Shown: positions 50,597 to 61,748 of the stretch, piece by piece
How the letters are laid out: each line of letters begins with the position of its first letter
Position numbering within the stretch: position 1 is the first letter of the stretch
DNA from: Oculina patagonica
Taxonomy: Eukaryota
Direction of reading: 5' to 3'
DNA: 64,000 nucleotides
Assembly (NCBI RefSeq): GCF_052425735.1
Contig: NC_135767.1
Location: 14,632,001-14,696,000 of the forward strand
Program-made: the position numbers and the translations under genes
Notes under the pieces: model-generated
Seen by the model: the letters and a program-made list of their open reading frames with translations, nothing else
Databases searched by the model: none
What the model was told of the DNA's origin: nothing

Positions 50597-51442
50597 ATGG
50601 AAACCTGGTTCTGGATTCTCGGTTGGTTTCTTTCCATTCTAACGATGACTGGAAATGGATTTGTTATCTCCATTGTTTGCAGAAAACGACAGCTTCGCAC
50701 CAAAACCAACGCGTTCGTCGTTTCATTAGCAGTGGCTGATTTCTTTGTGGGGATGACCGCAGTGCCTTCGCTGTTCTTTTGCGAGATGGCGAGTAGTTGC
50801 AACACGCGAGGCCTGCATGCTGACGGTATTGACTTTATAAGGTGGCTGTTCATGTACCCATCCGCCGCGAACTTGTGCAGTTTAGTACTTGATCGCTACA
50901 TCGCCGTTGTGAAACCGTTACGATACCTGACTTTTATGAAACGTCGTCGTGTCATTCAAATGATTTCCTTATCTTGGGCAATCCCAGTTGCCTTTATAGT
51001 GTTGGAATCCTCTCTGTGGCTTAGTTTAAAAATACCTCTTATTAATCATATTATCGGTTGGTTGTGTATGCTTTTAGAGCTACTCTTATGTGTTATTTTA
51101 ATATTTTTCTTTGCCTCAATGTTGCATGTTATCTACAAGCACGCCCTATCTGTCCGTACCCTAGCTAAGCAGTTACGTTTTAACCATATAGTTTTCGTTA
51201 AAGCTCAAGAGACGTCTGCAGTTAAAATGATGGCAGTTGTTATAGGTTTGTTTCTGCTGTGCTACGGATTGCTTTTGCGTTGTAGTTTTGTAATGATTCT
51301 TAGTGATTACAAGCCTTGCAATGATCTCCAATATAAAGTACCTATTCTGCTTTTAAACTCTGCCGTTAACCCGATAGCTTACGCCGTCTTCAAGAGAGAC
51401 ATAAAGATGGAGTTTAAAAGACTGATCAATTTTGTGAAATAA
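50597..51442 (+). CDS. Intronless class A GPCR (g13), intact, 281 aa
   Basis: Full 7TM ORF; GIDFIRW subtype. Confidence 0.95.
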   Translation: METWFWILGWFLSILTMTGNGFVISIVCRKRQLRTKTNAFVVSLAVADFFVGMTAVPSLFFCEMASSCNTRGLHADGIDFIRWLFMYPSAANLCSLVLDRYIAVVKPLRYLTFMKRRRVIQMISLSWAIPVAFIVLESSLWLSLKIPLINHIIGWLCMLLELLLCVILIFFFASMLHVIYKHALSVRTLAKQLRFNHIVFVKAQETSAVKMMAVVIGLFLLCYGLLLRCSFVMILSDYKPCNDLQYKVPILLLNSAVNPIAYAVFKRDIKMEFKRLINFVK

Positions 51443-52467
51443 AAAAAGTGTAACTTATAAGAAACAGTCATACAACCTGTAAATTGTTTTACTGAAGGAG
51501 ACAATCGAGTATTCCAACATCACCAATAAAAATAAACGGCATGCAATACATGCTGAAAAGATGACGTTTCACAAGGGGTTAAAAATACATTTTCTTCGTA
51601 GATTTGCTCAATTGTACAACTGCAGTAATATTTTATTTTATATATATATATTTTTTTTGATTTCCCTATGTTGTCTCAACAAAGATTACGTTATATTATA
51701 GCGTGACTTGCGACAAACGACATACGATACGCGGGAGCTAGCTTTTAAGCTGCGAGAAAGGTCAAACGGTCTCTCAGTCCAAGAACTAGAAATCTCTGTC
51801 TACTAAATCTAATAGATCCCATCACATAAAATTTAGTCTCTTTCGTTTATACATTGTAGGGTCCCATTCTTACTGCACGGGAGTATTTTGCTTTTGCTAC
51901 GCGGCGATTTCTTGTTATTAAGTTAAACTTGATTTCTGTTCGATCGGGTGCCTGCATTAAAGCGATGACGTCATCAGTTCACGTCATCGCTTAAAAATGG
52001 TATCAAGCAACTTTAATAGTGAATGGCATCGAACAAATTTAAAAAGCAATAGATTGTTAGTCAAATTACTGACACTACATATGGAACAGGAGCCGTTGAA
52101 TAAGAGGTTAAAAATTTATATTGTTTTATTCAAAATTTGCACGTTTGTCCGGTCAGACACAGGAAATTCAACAAAGTGACCCACTCAGGTAAACTGAGAC
52201 GACGAGAAACTCGAAGGTTGCCGGTTGGCATTTCTTCAGAAACCGACAATTCAGGACTCAAACTTGTTATTAGTCTCATAACAGCAGCAACATGCAATTG
52301 AACGTCGTTAAATGCATTTGCACAAGTTAAGTTCTTAACAAAAAGGGAAAATAGAAGTTGTGTAATAACTGAGACTAGATGGCCTAAAGCAAGCGCAATG
52401 AAATAGCGCTATTTAGATAAATACCCATATTTGTTCATCATCATGACCTATACAGTGTAGCTGGAAA

Positions 52468-52510
52468 ATGGACTAACCTGGCTCTGGAGTCTAGTCAAGT
52501 CTCTTTTAAT
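52468..52510 (+). pseudogene. Decayed GPCR 5' relic g14
   Basis: TACAGTGTAGCTGGAAAATGGACTAACCTGGCTCTGGAGTCT matches the paralog start context ..GAAAATGGAAACCTGGTTCTGGATTCT with indels. Confidence 0.7.
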
Positions 52511-53008
52511 CTCTTTCAATTCCTGTCTTTCAATACGCCATCCCTGTTTGCTTGGTTGTATCGAAGAAAAAAAAAAACATGTCAAAACATCAATCACAAA
52601 TCTTTATTGGGTGACTATATTTTAACTTTAGAAATAACTTAATCATTTTTAGTTGAACGAAAAACAAAAAAAAAGGTTCTAAGAGAGTGTGAAAAATTTG
52701 CCTTAGTTAGCTTTAAAACAAGATATATTTTTTTTTTTAAAAAAAGTGTATTTACCTGCAAGCCCAACTGATTGTATCGAGCGTTATTACTTCTCTTTAC
52801 TTATTAACTGTGGGAGCTTGTGTGTAGTTTATTTGAATTAGTCAAGTTTGTAATCAGTAAAAACTGAGCCATGCATTATAATCAGTTGAGCCCATATGGT
52901 TATAAAACAAGCTTTGAAACAAACACGATAAACGACACATTTCGTTCTTTTGGAATACCTGCAGTGGTCTTCATTAAGATAACTTGAAATCTCTACTTAA
53001 GCTTGAAA

Positions 53009-53878
53009 ATGGATACCTGGTTCTGGTTTCTCGGCTGGCTTCTTTCCATCCTGACGATGGCTGGAAATGGAATTGCTATCTTCATTATTTGCACGAAACG
53101 ACATCTCCGAACGAAATCCAACGCGTTCGTCGTTTCATTAGCAGTGGCTGACTTTTGTGTGGGGATGAGCTTTGTTCCCTTGCAGTTCTTCTGCGATAAA
53201 GTGAGTAGGTGCGATTCCCAAGGAGCGTCTTTCAAGGTAGTAATCTTGTTGACGGAGCTGTTCTTGTACGCGTCAGCCGTGAGCTTGTGCAGTTTAGTAC
53301 TGGATCGCTACATGGCTGTTGTGAAACCTTTAAAATACTTGACTTTTATGAAGCGACGCCGTGTTATTCAAATGATTTCCTTATCTTGGACAATATCAGT
53401 TTCTTTTGTTGTATTTGTTAGAACATTCAAGGATAGTTCAAAAATACCTAAACCTTATATTATAAACATCATCGGCTGGTGTTATGTAGTTTTTGAGTTT
53501 CTCTTGTGTGCCATTTTAATGTTTTGTTTCGCAGCCATGTTAATTGTTGTTTGTAAACACGGCCGATCTGCCCGCACATTAGCCAAGCAGTTACGTTTTA
53601 ATCACCGAGTTCTCTTTAAAACTCAGGAAACGTTTGCAGTTAAAATGATGGCAGTTGTTGTGTGCTTGTTTCTTGTGTCCTACGGCCTTTTTTTGCGTTG
53701 TAGTTTAATGCATATTTTTGGTGATCGCATTGTGTGTAACAGTGATATTCAATACAAAGTGCCTATTGTTGTTTTAAACTCAGCTGTAAACCCTTTTGCT
53801 TACGCCGTCTTCAAGGGAGACATTAAGAAGGAGTTTAAAAAACTGATCCATTCTGTGGCCTTAACATTTTGTAAGTAA
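53009..53878 (+). CDS. Intronless class A GPCR (g15), intact, 289 aa
   Basis: ATG at 53009 (MDTWFW); full 7TM ORF, NPFAY. Confidence 0.95.
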   Translation: MDTWFWFLGWLLSILTMAGNGIAIFIICTKRHLRTKSNAFVVSLAVADFCVGMSFVPLQFFCDKVSRCDSQGASFKVVILLTELFLYASAVSLCSLVLDRYMAVVKPLKYLTFMKRRRVIQMISLSWTISVSFVVFVRTFKDSSKIPKPYIINIIGWCYVVFEFLLCAILMFCFAAMLIVVCKHGRSARTLAKQLRFNHRVLFKTQETFAVKMMAVVVCLFLVSYGLFLRCSLMHIFGDRIVCNSDIQYKVPIVVLNSAVNPFAYAVFKGDIKKEFKKLIHSVALTFCK

Positions 53879-56800
53879 TTTAAGCTGAAATATTCTAGCT
53901 TGTCAAGAGGAAATCATCTTCAAATCTAACACAGTTCTTTGAGTGAATCTTTTTTCCTTGAATCAGTTATGGTATACGGCACTACATGGGCATTGCCACG
54001 AAAGATATATTATAAAACGAAAGGAAACTAATGGATCTAATAGAAAATATTTTTACCTGTGTTCGAGTCGATAACATAACAGAAGTCAGAAACAATCGGT
54101 CCTTGCTTCATAAAGATTTGTAATCTACTAGATTAATCTGTTTGTACTTAAAATAAACGACTTAAACCTTGTAGTTTTGCCTTGTAATTAGTTTCATTTG
54201 AGTACTTCTCTTAAACCACTCCATGTGACGAAAGCCTTCTCTCGAAAAATAATTTATTTATTTTTCTGTTGTTGTTTTCTTCCATTATTTTCACAACTTA
54301 CATCTTTTTCTTTATGCGTTTTTGTTCAAAACACATACTTTCTTGTCTATTAATTATCATGCACCATGCTCTTAGATGTTCTTGAAAAAATCGATATCCT
54401 TGGAACTTTGTAGCGTCGCAGTGTCTTTAACAGTACGCAGTGCAGTGTACCTCTATGACTGAAAGAAATTGTTCCAGACTGGTATTAAATGGTAAGGCTT
54501 GAACTCAAGTATAAACTTTGATAAAAAATTATCTGACGAAGAGGCGGAGATGGATGTGAGATGATCAAATTAGGGCTGTTTGATTAGAAAAGAATTTTAG
54601 AAAATCAATTTATGGAAGTCGAACTCAGGCAAGAAATACGAAAACAGGTTTTTCGAATTGAGTGAAGTGAAGGTCAAGAAGCCAATCTAATAGTTACATC
54701 ATTACTACGATTGATTGGAAGCCACGTAAACCCCAAAAGTGTCAAACTCGGTTTGTCAAAACTTCAATCAAACTCTATCCCGTCAACAAGTTGGCATTGG
54801 CTGTATTGAAATTTCAAAACCTGACGTCATTATCCATCCTGCTATGATGTTTTCGGTTGTATTAATATCAATTAAATTTTCTTGCTTCTACTTGTCCCCG
54901 CTACACGTCCTCTCAGTGTGAACAACGCATTATTTTGTCGTTGTTACATGTTGCTGCGACGTGTCCCTCCGACATGTCCCACGTGTGCGGAGTCCTTTAT
55001 TGCGTTGTTCTGTAGGACGTGAGATCTGTAGTTTAAAAACCAACTAACTACATCTAGCATAATATTATTATGGCGACAAACAACGAACCCTGATAAACAG
55101 AAACAAAGAAAATTGATCGAAATCTATCAATCACAATCGAGAGACATGACCTTTTGAACCGGTTCAAGCGAACTTCTCGCTTAGATGTTTGAAGGCAGCG
55201 ACACGAACTGTTAACCATGGAAACCCGTTGATTGAACGGAGTTCGTATGTTACTGAAAGGGGAAGTAATATGGTTAAACCAGACCTTCAATTAGAAATAT
55301 CGCAAAGTAAATATAAATAGAGGCGTAGGAAATCGTTCAAGTGCTAATTGATAGTTACGTCCGGATCACCTCTTGATTGATTATAAGCCAAGAAAAGCCT
55401 TTTAAAGTCAAACTCCCAATGTCAAAAATCTTTTAAACTCTCAGGAGACTAACCGATGCTCACAGCTTCCTTTTAAGGCACTTTACTAAAACTTTCGACA
55501 AAATGGACCGTTTAAAATGACCTTTGTTCGCAGATTTTGTAGTTGAAAAACAAGAAATTCTCCTTTTATTACTGTTATGAAGAATTTACCTCAGATTTAA
55601 CTAACAATGTGTGTAACCCAACCAGCAAGTCATCTGACCGGGCCTGATGACAAGCATGTCGAATTTACGCTACATATAGTGTTTGCATCATCACTGTTTG
55701 ATTGGTTAGAAAGTAACAAAAAAAAAAAACACTAAAAAGTCATATACATCAGTTCACAACAACCTGCAAGCCCATTTGAACGATGCATTAAAATTAGAGG
55801 AGACCAGATGGTTTATAATACAGCCTTTATACATAAACACAATAAGACATCGCTTTTTCGGTGTTTTGAAATACCCGTTCCTGATCTAAGTAATGATTAC
55901 GATAACTGACTATTAGCTGGTGGCTACTCTTGAGAAATATGTCATGACGTGAGTAAAATGCGTAACAATAATAGAAGGACGCCTATAGGAAAACCAGATG
56001 GCTCAAAACAGCCTTTATAAACACGATGACATGACGAATTTTCAGTCTTTCTAAATACCTGTTTTTGGTCATCGTCTAGAATTTGGACTGCAATCCTTTA
56101 GAGTTTCTACTAAAGGAACAAGACAACTAGCCCTCATTTCCTAGCTTTGGGCGATATTCATCTCGGCTGCGCCTCGTTGACTATGCACTCATAGAAAACT
56201 CGTGATCATTTTCTAATTGCCAATTAGTTGTGTATTTTGTTTTTGGATCTTATTTGCAATTAGTTTCATAATAGTAGCAACTTGCAATTGAATGTAGTTA
56301 GATGTATTGGAATAAGTTGAGTTCTTAACAGAGAACTTATGTTTAGGATTGAACGCAAGTATTTACTTCGTGTCTGACTGGGTTATTTAGATTACTTCAT
56401 ATTTGACAGAATTTGGTTTGTTTTGGTAAACTTTTATTTATGAGGACACTTTGTGATGCTTGTCATAAAAAAAACGTGCATCTACTTAGCGTTCAAACTG
56501 GACATATCTGTAACAGAAAGGGAAAGAGTGTTCTAATATATGTAGTAAGAAGCATATCACCTAGATGCGTCTAACTTCCCTTTATGACCTAGCTTGGAAC
56601 AATGCTGGGGATTATTAGCTAACCAATAAGAAACGCGGATTTTTTTTTGTCCTTGTATGGAATTACGTGCTGCTTCCAAAAAATGGCGGCTGCTATGGGA
56701 AACCCACAAAGAAGTCAAAGAGGATGGTCTCAAAAAAGCAACGATTTAGGCGATTCTTACGGTTAGCCAAGCTGGAGAGACTAAGGCAGAAGAGGATATG

Positions 56801-57447
56801 TTTGTAATGGTCTGCAGGGAGGTCACGGACGCGTTTGAGGTTTAATTTGGAGCATTATCTTTTTTACTTATTTTTCGAGAAGGTGAAGGGAAACTCTGAC
56901 AGGTATTCAAGGTTGCAGGTAAGGTTTAACGAGTTTGAGCAGCAGTGATGTAGGTCGTCTTCGAGCTGAAACGTTTGAAGTCGTTCATGTTTTGTTACCT
57001 GCATGAAGAGCTTGTTCAGTGTTAGTTGAGGCACATCAACATGTACGTTGATGAGGACCATGCTTCTTTTCTAAAACTAGGTTTTGTCGCCGTGCGTATT
57101 AAAATAAATGAGAGGAATGGGAGGCGACAGGAGAAAATCAAGAGCTGTTTTGGTAGTTACATCATCACTTCTTGATTGGTTGAAAGCTCAAAGAACCATT
57201 AAATGTCAAATTTGGAATGTCAAAACGTCCCGCACTCAAGTTTGTTCAGTTTACATGAATTTCAATTAAAAACAAGGAGCGAAATGTCTGCGACAAAATA
57301 GACGGTTTTAAGTGGTTTTTGATCGCCGATTGTAGTTGATAATTATTGTTATTGATAGTTATTGCTGATTCGAAGGATTTACGACAGCAAAGTATCTGAT
57401 TTAGGGGCCATTATATGTACCTAATGCTGCACACTGTTGGCGTCGTC

Positions 57448-58041
57448 TAGGGCTTTCCACAAGTTGCTCGAGATTTTCCAAAAGGTTGCCAGCAATTTCT
57501 CAAAACGTTGCTCAAAAGTTGCTTCAAAAATCCAAAAAGCTGCTTTTGTTACTAAAAGTTGCTCGAACGTTGCTCCGAAAAATCCAAAACCCTGCTTCTT
57601 ATCAAATTTCTCTAAATATATGCTCATTTTTCCTACGAGGGTAAGATTTCTAAGCAGTTTTATGCAATTTTACAACATAAGAAGTATCTAAATAACATAT
57701 TAAGTGGAAAGTTGTTAAATAACAAGGATTTCTTTAACTGAGAAAAATCGTGAAGATATCGCTGACGTCATGTTTGCTTACGAGGTTTGTAATGTTTTAA
57801 TACAGAATGAGCCGAGGGTCTTCAGATGTTCTCGACAATTTTCGACAAACCTCGCCAATCTTCGGAAACGTTCGTATGGCCTTTGAACAACACTCAGATA
57901 ATCTTCGGAGATCTTCGGTCTGGAAATTGCTCAAAATTCAACAAGTTGCTCGAGAGGAAAAAAAATTGCTCAAAGTGGAAAAAGTTGCTCGAAATACGAA
58001 AAGTTGCCAAAAAGTTGCCGAGCAACTTGTGGAAAGCCCTA
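57448..58041. mobile_element. hAT-like MITE inserted in an orphan promoter module
   Basis: GCGTCGTC|TAGGGCTTTCCACAAGTTGCTCG...CGAGCAACTTGTGGAAAGCCCTA|GCGTCATC (8-bp TSD, 1 mismatch); many GTTGCTC repeats. Confidence 0.85.
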
Positions 58042-59924
58042 GCGTCATCACTGATTGATTGGTTAGAAAAACACCAAATAATTCATACTTGTCATGTCAA
58101 AAACGTCAATCAAATATTTAACCATTTCATTTAAATTAATAAGAATTTTTTGCTGAACAATGTTGATGTGGAAATTTGACTATTAAAGCGAGATTCGAAA
58201 AATAAGTGAGTTTTCCTGCAATATGAACTGATCGCATCGACAGACATCACTTGTTTACTTAACAGTAAGTGCTTGTGCGTAGTAACATGCCATTTGAAAA
58301 ACGATACATTATAATTAGTCGATACCAGATGGTTTATGACAAATTTGAACCGAATTCCATCCTGAGCACTTGTTGGAATCTTTATTGAAAGGGTACAGTG
58401 AAGCGTAAAACTCAAAACTAAATTAAACTTGCACTTTAGTGCTTTTTTTGTTTGTTTGTTTGTCTTTTCATTTTAATTATGAGAAGTTACAATTGACCAT
58501 CATCGTTCTTTTGTCAATGTCGACCCGGACTCTGGCCAAGTCTAACTTGTAAGACTGCTATTTACGGACTTCCGGGCGCTTATCCTCAAATCCAATTGGC
58601 TGATAATTGAAAAGGAACACTGTGCACATGCTCAAAATACGTACTTTTCCAAAGTCCTCGTTCTTGGTAATGACAAAAAAAGCGGGCTTTGTTGACAAGA
58701 TTGATTTTTTGTAAGTCAACAGTATCGATCGATCCTTTGCACTTCGGCTTCGTTATCCGTTTTCCATGTGATAGTGCTCAATCTTCGAAGTTCACATTTA
58801 CACGGATGTGCCAGTTGTATCTGAGGATTTTCATACTAACAACGAGTTAACTTCTATCCAGGCGGTTTAAAGTACCGGCCCAAACGGGAAATTTATTGAT
58901 GCAAACGACACATTTATATCCTGAAAATCTTTTTGCTCGCAGTCCTAGCATTGCGTGTTCATCCGAAAGGACAATCATTACAACATTTATTTCAATGAAA
59001 TCCTGTGTGAAAACGAGACATTTTTTTTTCTTTCCAGACAAAACAAGACGTGGCCAATCTCCTCACCTTTTTCGTATAACGGCCCGGGTTGTAAATAACG
59101 ACTGACATTGACGTTAATTTGTTAAAATCACCAAAAACGTCTATGAAGCGTCTTCAATAACAGGTTTTCCGACGGGTTGAGACATAAAGAAGAAGCAATC
59201 AATCATGTTTACGTCATCACTGCTGTTTGGCCAAGAAGTTAAGAAAGATGTCAAACGTTAATTAACTCTGTATCTTAAAACGTCAGTCAATGTATTTTGT
59301 GAAGTGAGTGATGTTTTCATCTAAATATACCATTTAGTTATTTTCACTAAAGATATTTAAAGCTTTGCTATTTTTCTGGTACTTTTGGATAATTCTGTTT
59401 TGGTTTTCAACCATTTTCATTACAAAATTTGACCAGCAATGCAAAAACAATTAAATGAAATTATTAGTCAATGAGAGAAGAAAAAATTGTTTGTTATCTT
59501 AATGTGACTTAATTATATATTAAGTACATGGTGCATAAATTAGGCTAGGTTATAATATTAAACGTCATCTTTCTATTTTTAAATTTAATAGATAGCAAGA
59601 AAAACTTTTTGCAAGCCTCAACTGGAAAAATAAACGATTTGTTTAGTTTTGTCCAACTAACGGGAACGTACAATCAGAAGTATCGTTTCCTGCTCTAGGA
59701 TCATTTTTTAAAAACATAAAATTGAAAAACTACAGGTACGAAGTTTGATGTTATAACGTGAGTAACGTTTGTAATAAAAACGGAAAGATGTCAAAAGGAC
59801 AACCAGGTGGTTTAAAACAGCCTTTATTAAAACACGATGAAATACTCCTTTTCGGTCTTTAAAATACCTGTTTTTGCTCATGATCAAAATAAAAAGTTCT
59901 TTCTTTTTGCAGTGTCGCTGGAAT

Positions 59925-60785
59925 ATGGAAACCTGGTTCTGGATTCTCGGCTGGTTTCTTTCCATCCTGACGATCACTGGAAATGGATTCATCATCTTCA
60001 TGGTATGCAGAAAACGCCAGCTTCGCACTAAAACCAACGCGTTCGTCGTTTCATTAGCAGTGGCTGATTTCTTTATGGGGACGAGCGCGGTTCCTTCACT
60101 GTTCTTTTGTGGGATGGCGAATGGTTGCAACACGCAACGTCTGCTAGCTGACGGTATAGACTATATAAGGTGGCTGTTCATGTACGCATCCACCGCGAAC
60201 TTGTGTAGTTTAGTATTAGATCGCTTTATGGCTGTTGTGAAACCTTTACAGTACTTAACTTTTATGAAACGCCGCCGTGTCATTGAAATGATCTCTTTAT
60301 CTTGGGCAATCCCAGTTACCTTTGTCGTGTTCGTGTCATCACTCTGGCTTAGTTCAAAAGTGCCTATTATAAATACCATTTCTGGTTGGGTGTGTATGTT
60401 CTTTGAGTTACTGTCGTTTGGTGTCATAATCTTCTGCTTTGCATCTATGTTATTTGTTGTTTGCAAGCACGATCGATCCACCCGTACTCTAGCCAAACAG
60501 CTACGCTTTAACCATCATGTTTTGATAAAAACTCAGGATAAGTCTGCAGCTAAAATGATGGCAGCTGTTATTGGTCTATTTCTTGTGAGCTACGGAATTG
60601 CTTTGCGTTGTAGTTTTGTTTATATCCTCAGTGATAACACACCATGTAATGATAACCGATTTAAAGTGCCGCTTCTGGTTTTTAACTCCGCTGTAAACCC
60701 TTTAGCTTATGCTGTCTTTAAGAGAGACATTAAGAAGGAGTCTAATAGACTGATCTATTCTGTGATCTTTAAAAAGTGTAATTGA
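59925..60785 (+). CDS. Intronless class A GPCR (g16), intact, 286 aa
   Basis: ATG at 59925 (METWFW); closest relative is pseudogene g3. Confidence 0.95.
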   Translation: METWFWILGWFLSILTITGNGFIIFMVCRKRQLRTKTNAFVVSLAVADFFMGTSAVPSLFFCGMANGCNTQRLLADGIDYIRWLFMYASTANLCSLVLDRFMAVVKPLQYLTFMKRRRVIEMISLSWAIPVTFVVFVSSLWLSSKVPIINTISGWVCMFFELLSFGVIIFCFASMLFVVCKHDRSTRTLAKQLRFNHHVLIKTQDKSAAKMMAAVIGLFLVSYGIALRCSFVYILSDNTPCNDNRFKVPLLVFNSAVNPLAYAVFKRDIKKESNRLIYSVIFKKCN

Positions 60786-61452
60786 CTTGAACAACGTTAA
60801 ATGTAATACAAATTCGATCTTGTAGCAGAATTGTACGTCAGATTACTAATCAATTGGAACACCAAATGTAGAAAAAAAAACAGTTTACGTAAACTATATC
60901 GAACATTATAGTTTATATTTGGGTCACTGTCTTTCGTGCGCCATGCGACGCTTAAGTCGCTAATTTAAACATAACATGCAAGAAGTTTAATATTAAAAAA
61001 GAGATAGCAAGTAAGAATCTGACAAATTTTTTTCTTTGCATGGGAATCAAAGTGATTAACAACAGATGCCACTGTCTTTCTTCACTATTTCCTTTTTCAA
61101 CCCTCTCAAAGTACTTAAACGCATTATTCCTGTGTTAGAATTGTGTGAGAAGTTATGAAAGAGTGGCTAGTTGTTTTCCACATTATGTCACGAAACTTTT
61201 AGTTCACATGCATTAGGCGCAAGCTGCATATCAGAATTTTCATACGAGCAATTTTTTTGCTGCCATTCGACGCTTTTCTTGTTGATAACAAGAAAGTATA
61301 AAAAAGATAAGAAGCTTTATTAACGTGTCAATACCACATAGCTTGGGAAAATCCCATACACAAAATAAATAGATCCAAAAAAAACATAGTTAATAGAGGG
61401 AAATGGTTATGAAGCCCGGCAAAGTTCTTTGTTATAGGTTTTGTTCGTTATT

Positions 61453-61748
61453 AGCCGTTTTTATACTATAGACGAGTTACCCGTCTGGACGAACTTCGGC
61501 AATTTTTTTTTGCTCGTCTGGTTATGCGTCTCTAGTATAAAGACGGACACAAGACGAGTTACCCATGTAGACGAGCTACTTTTCGAAATACGTCTTGAAA
61601 GACGGATAACGAAAGAAAGCTCGTCTAGACGGGTACAGTAAGTCGTCTTGTGCCCGTCTATATACTAGAGACGCATAACCAGACGAGCAACAAAATGTTT
61701 GCCGAATCTCGTCTAGACGGGTAACTCGTCTCTAGTATAAAAACGGCC
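61453..61748. mobile_element. Palindromic MITE
   Basis: GCCGTTTTTATACTATAGACGAGTTACCCGTCT / AGACGGGTAACTCGTCTCTAGTATAAAAACGGC, plus internal inverted repeats. Confidence 0.8.

Noticed and set aside
56550-57080. AAAATGGCGGC start-like context as a gene or transposase 5' end
   Set aside because: No sustained ORF or identifiable termini; probably a TE-internal fragment.
59895-59924. Pyrimidine tract plus CAG just upstream of several ATGs as a splice acceptor for a hidden N-terminal exon
   Set aside because: Not conserved in g1, g2, g9 or g15, and the E-box and TATA-like box nearby suggest local initiation. RNA-seq would be needed to exclude it fully.
5346-60785. Naming the receptors TAAR, octopamine, histamine H2, adenosine or OR
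   Set aside because: D3.32, C3.25 and CWxP are missing, as are OR motifs LHxPMY and KAxxTC; no symbol is justified without a phylogeny.
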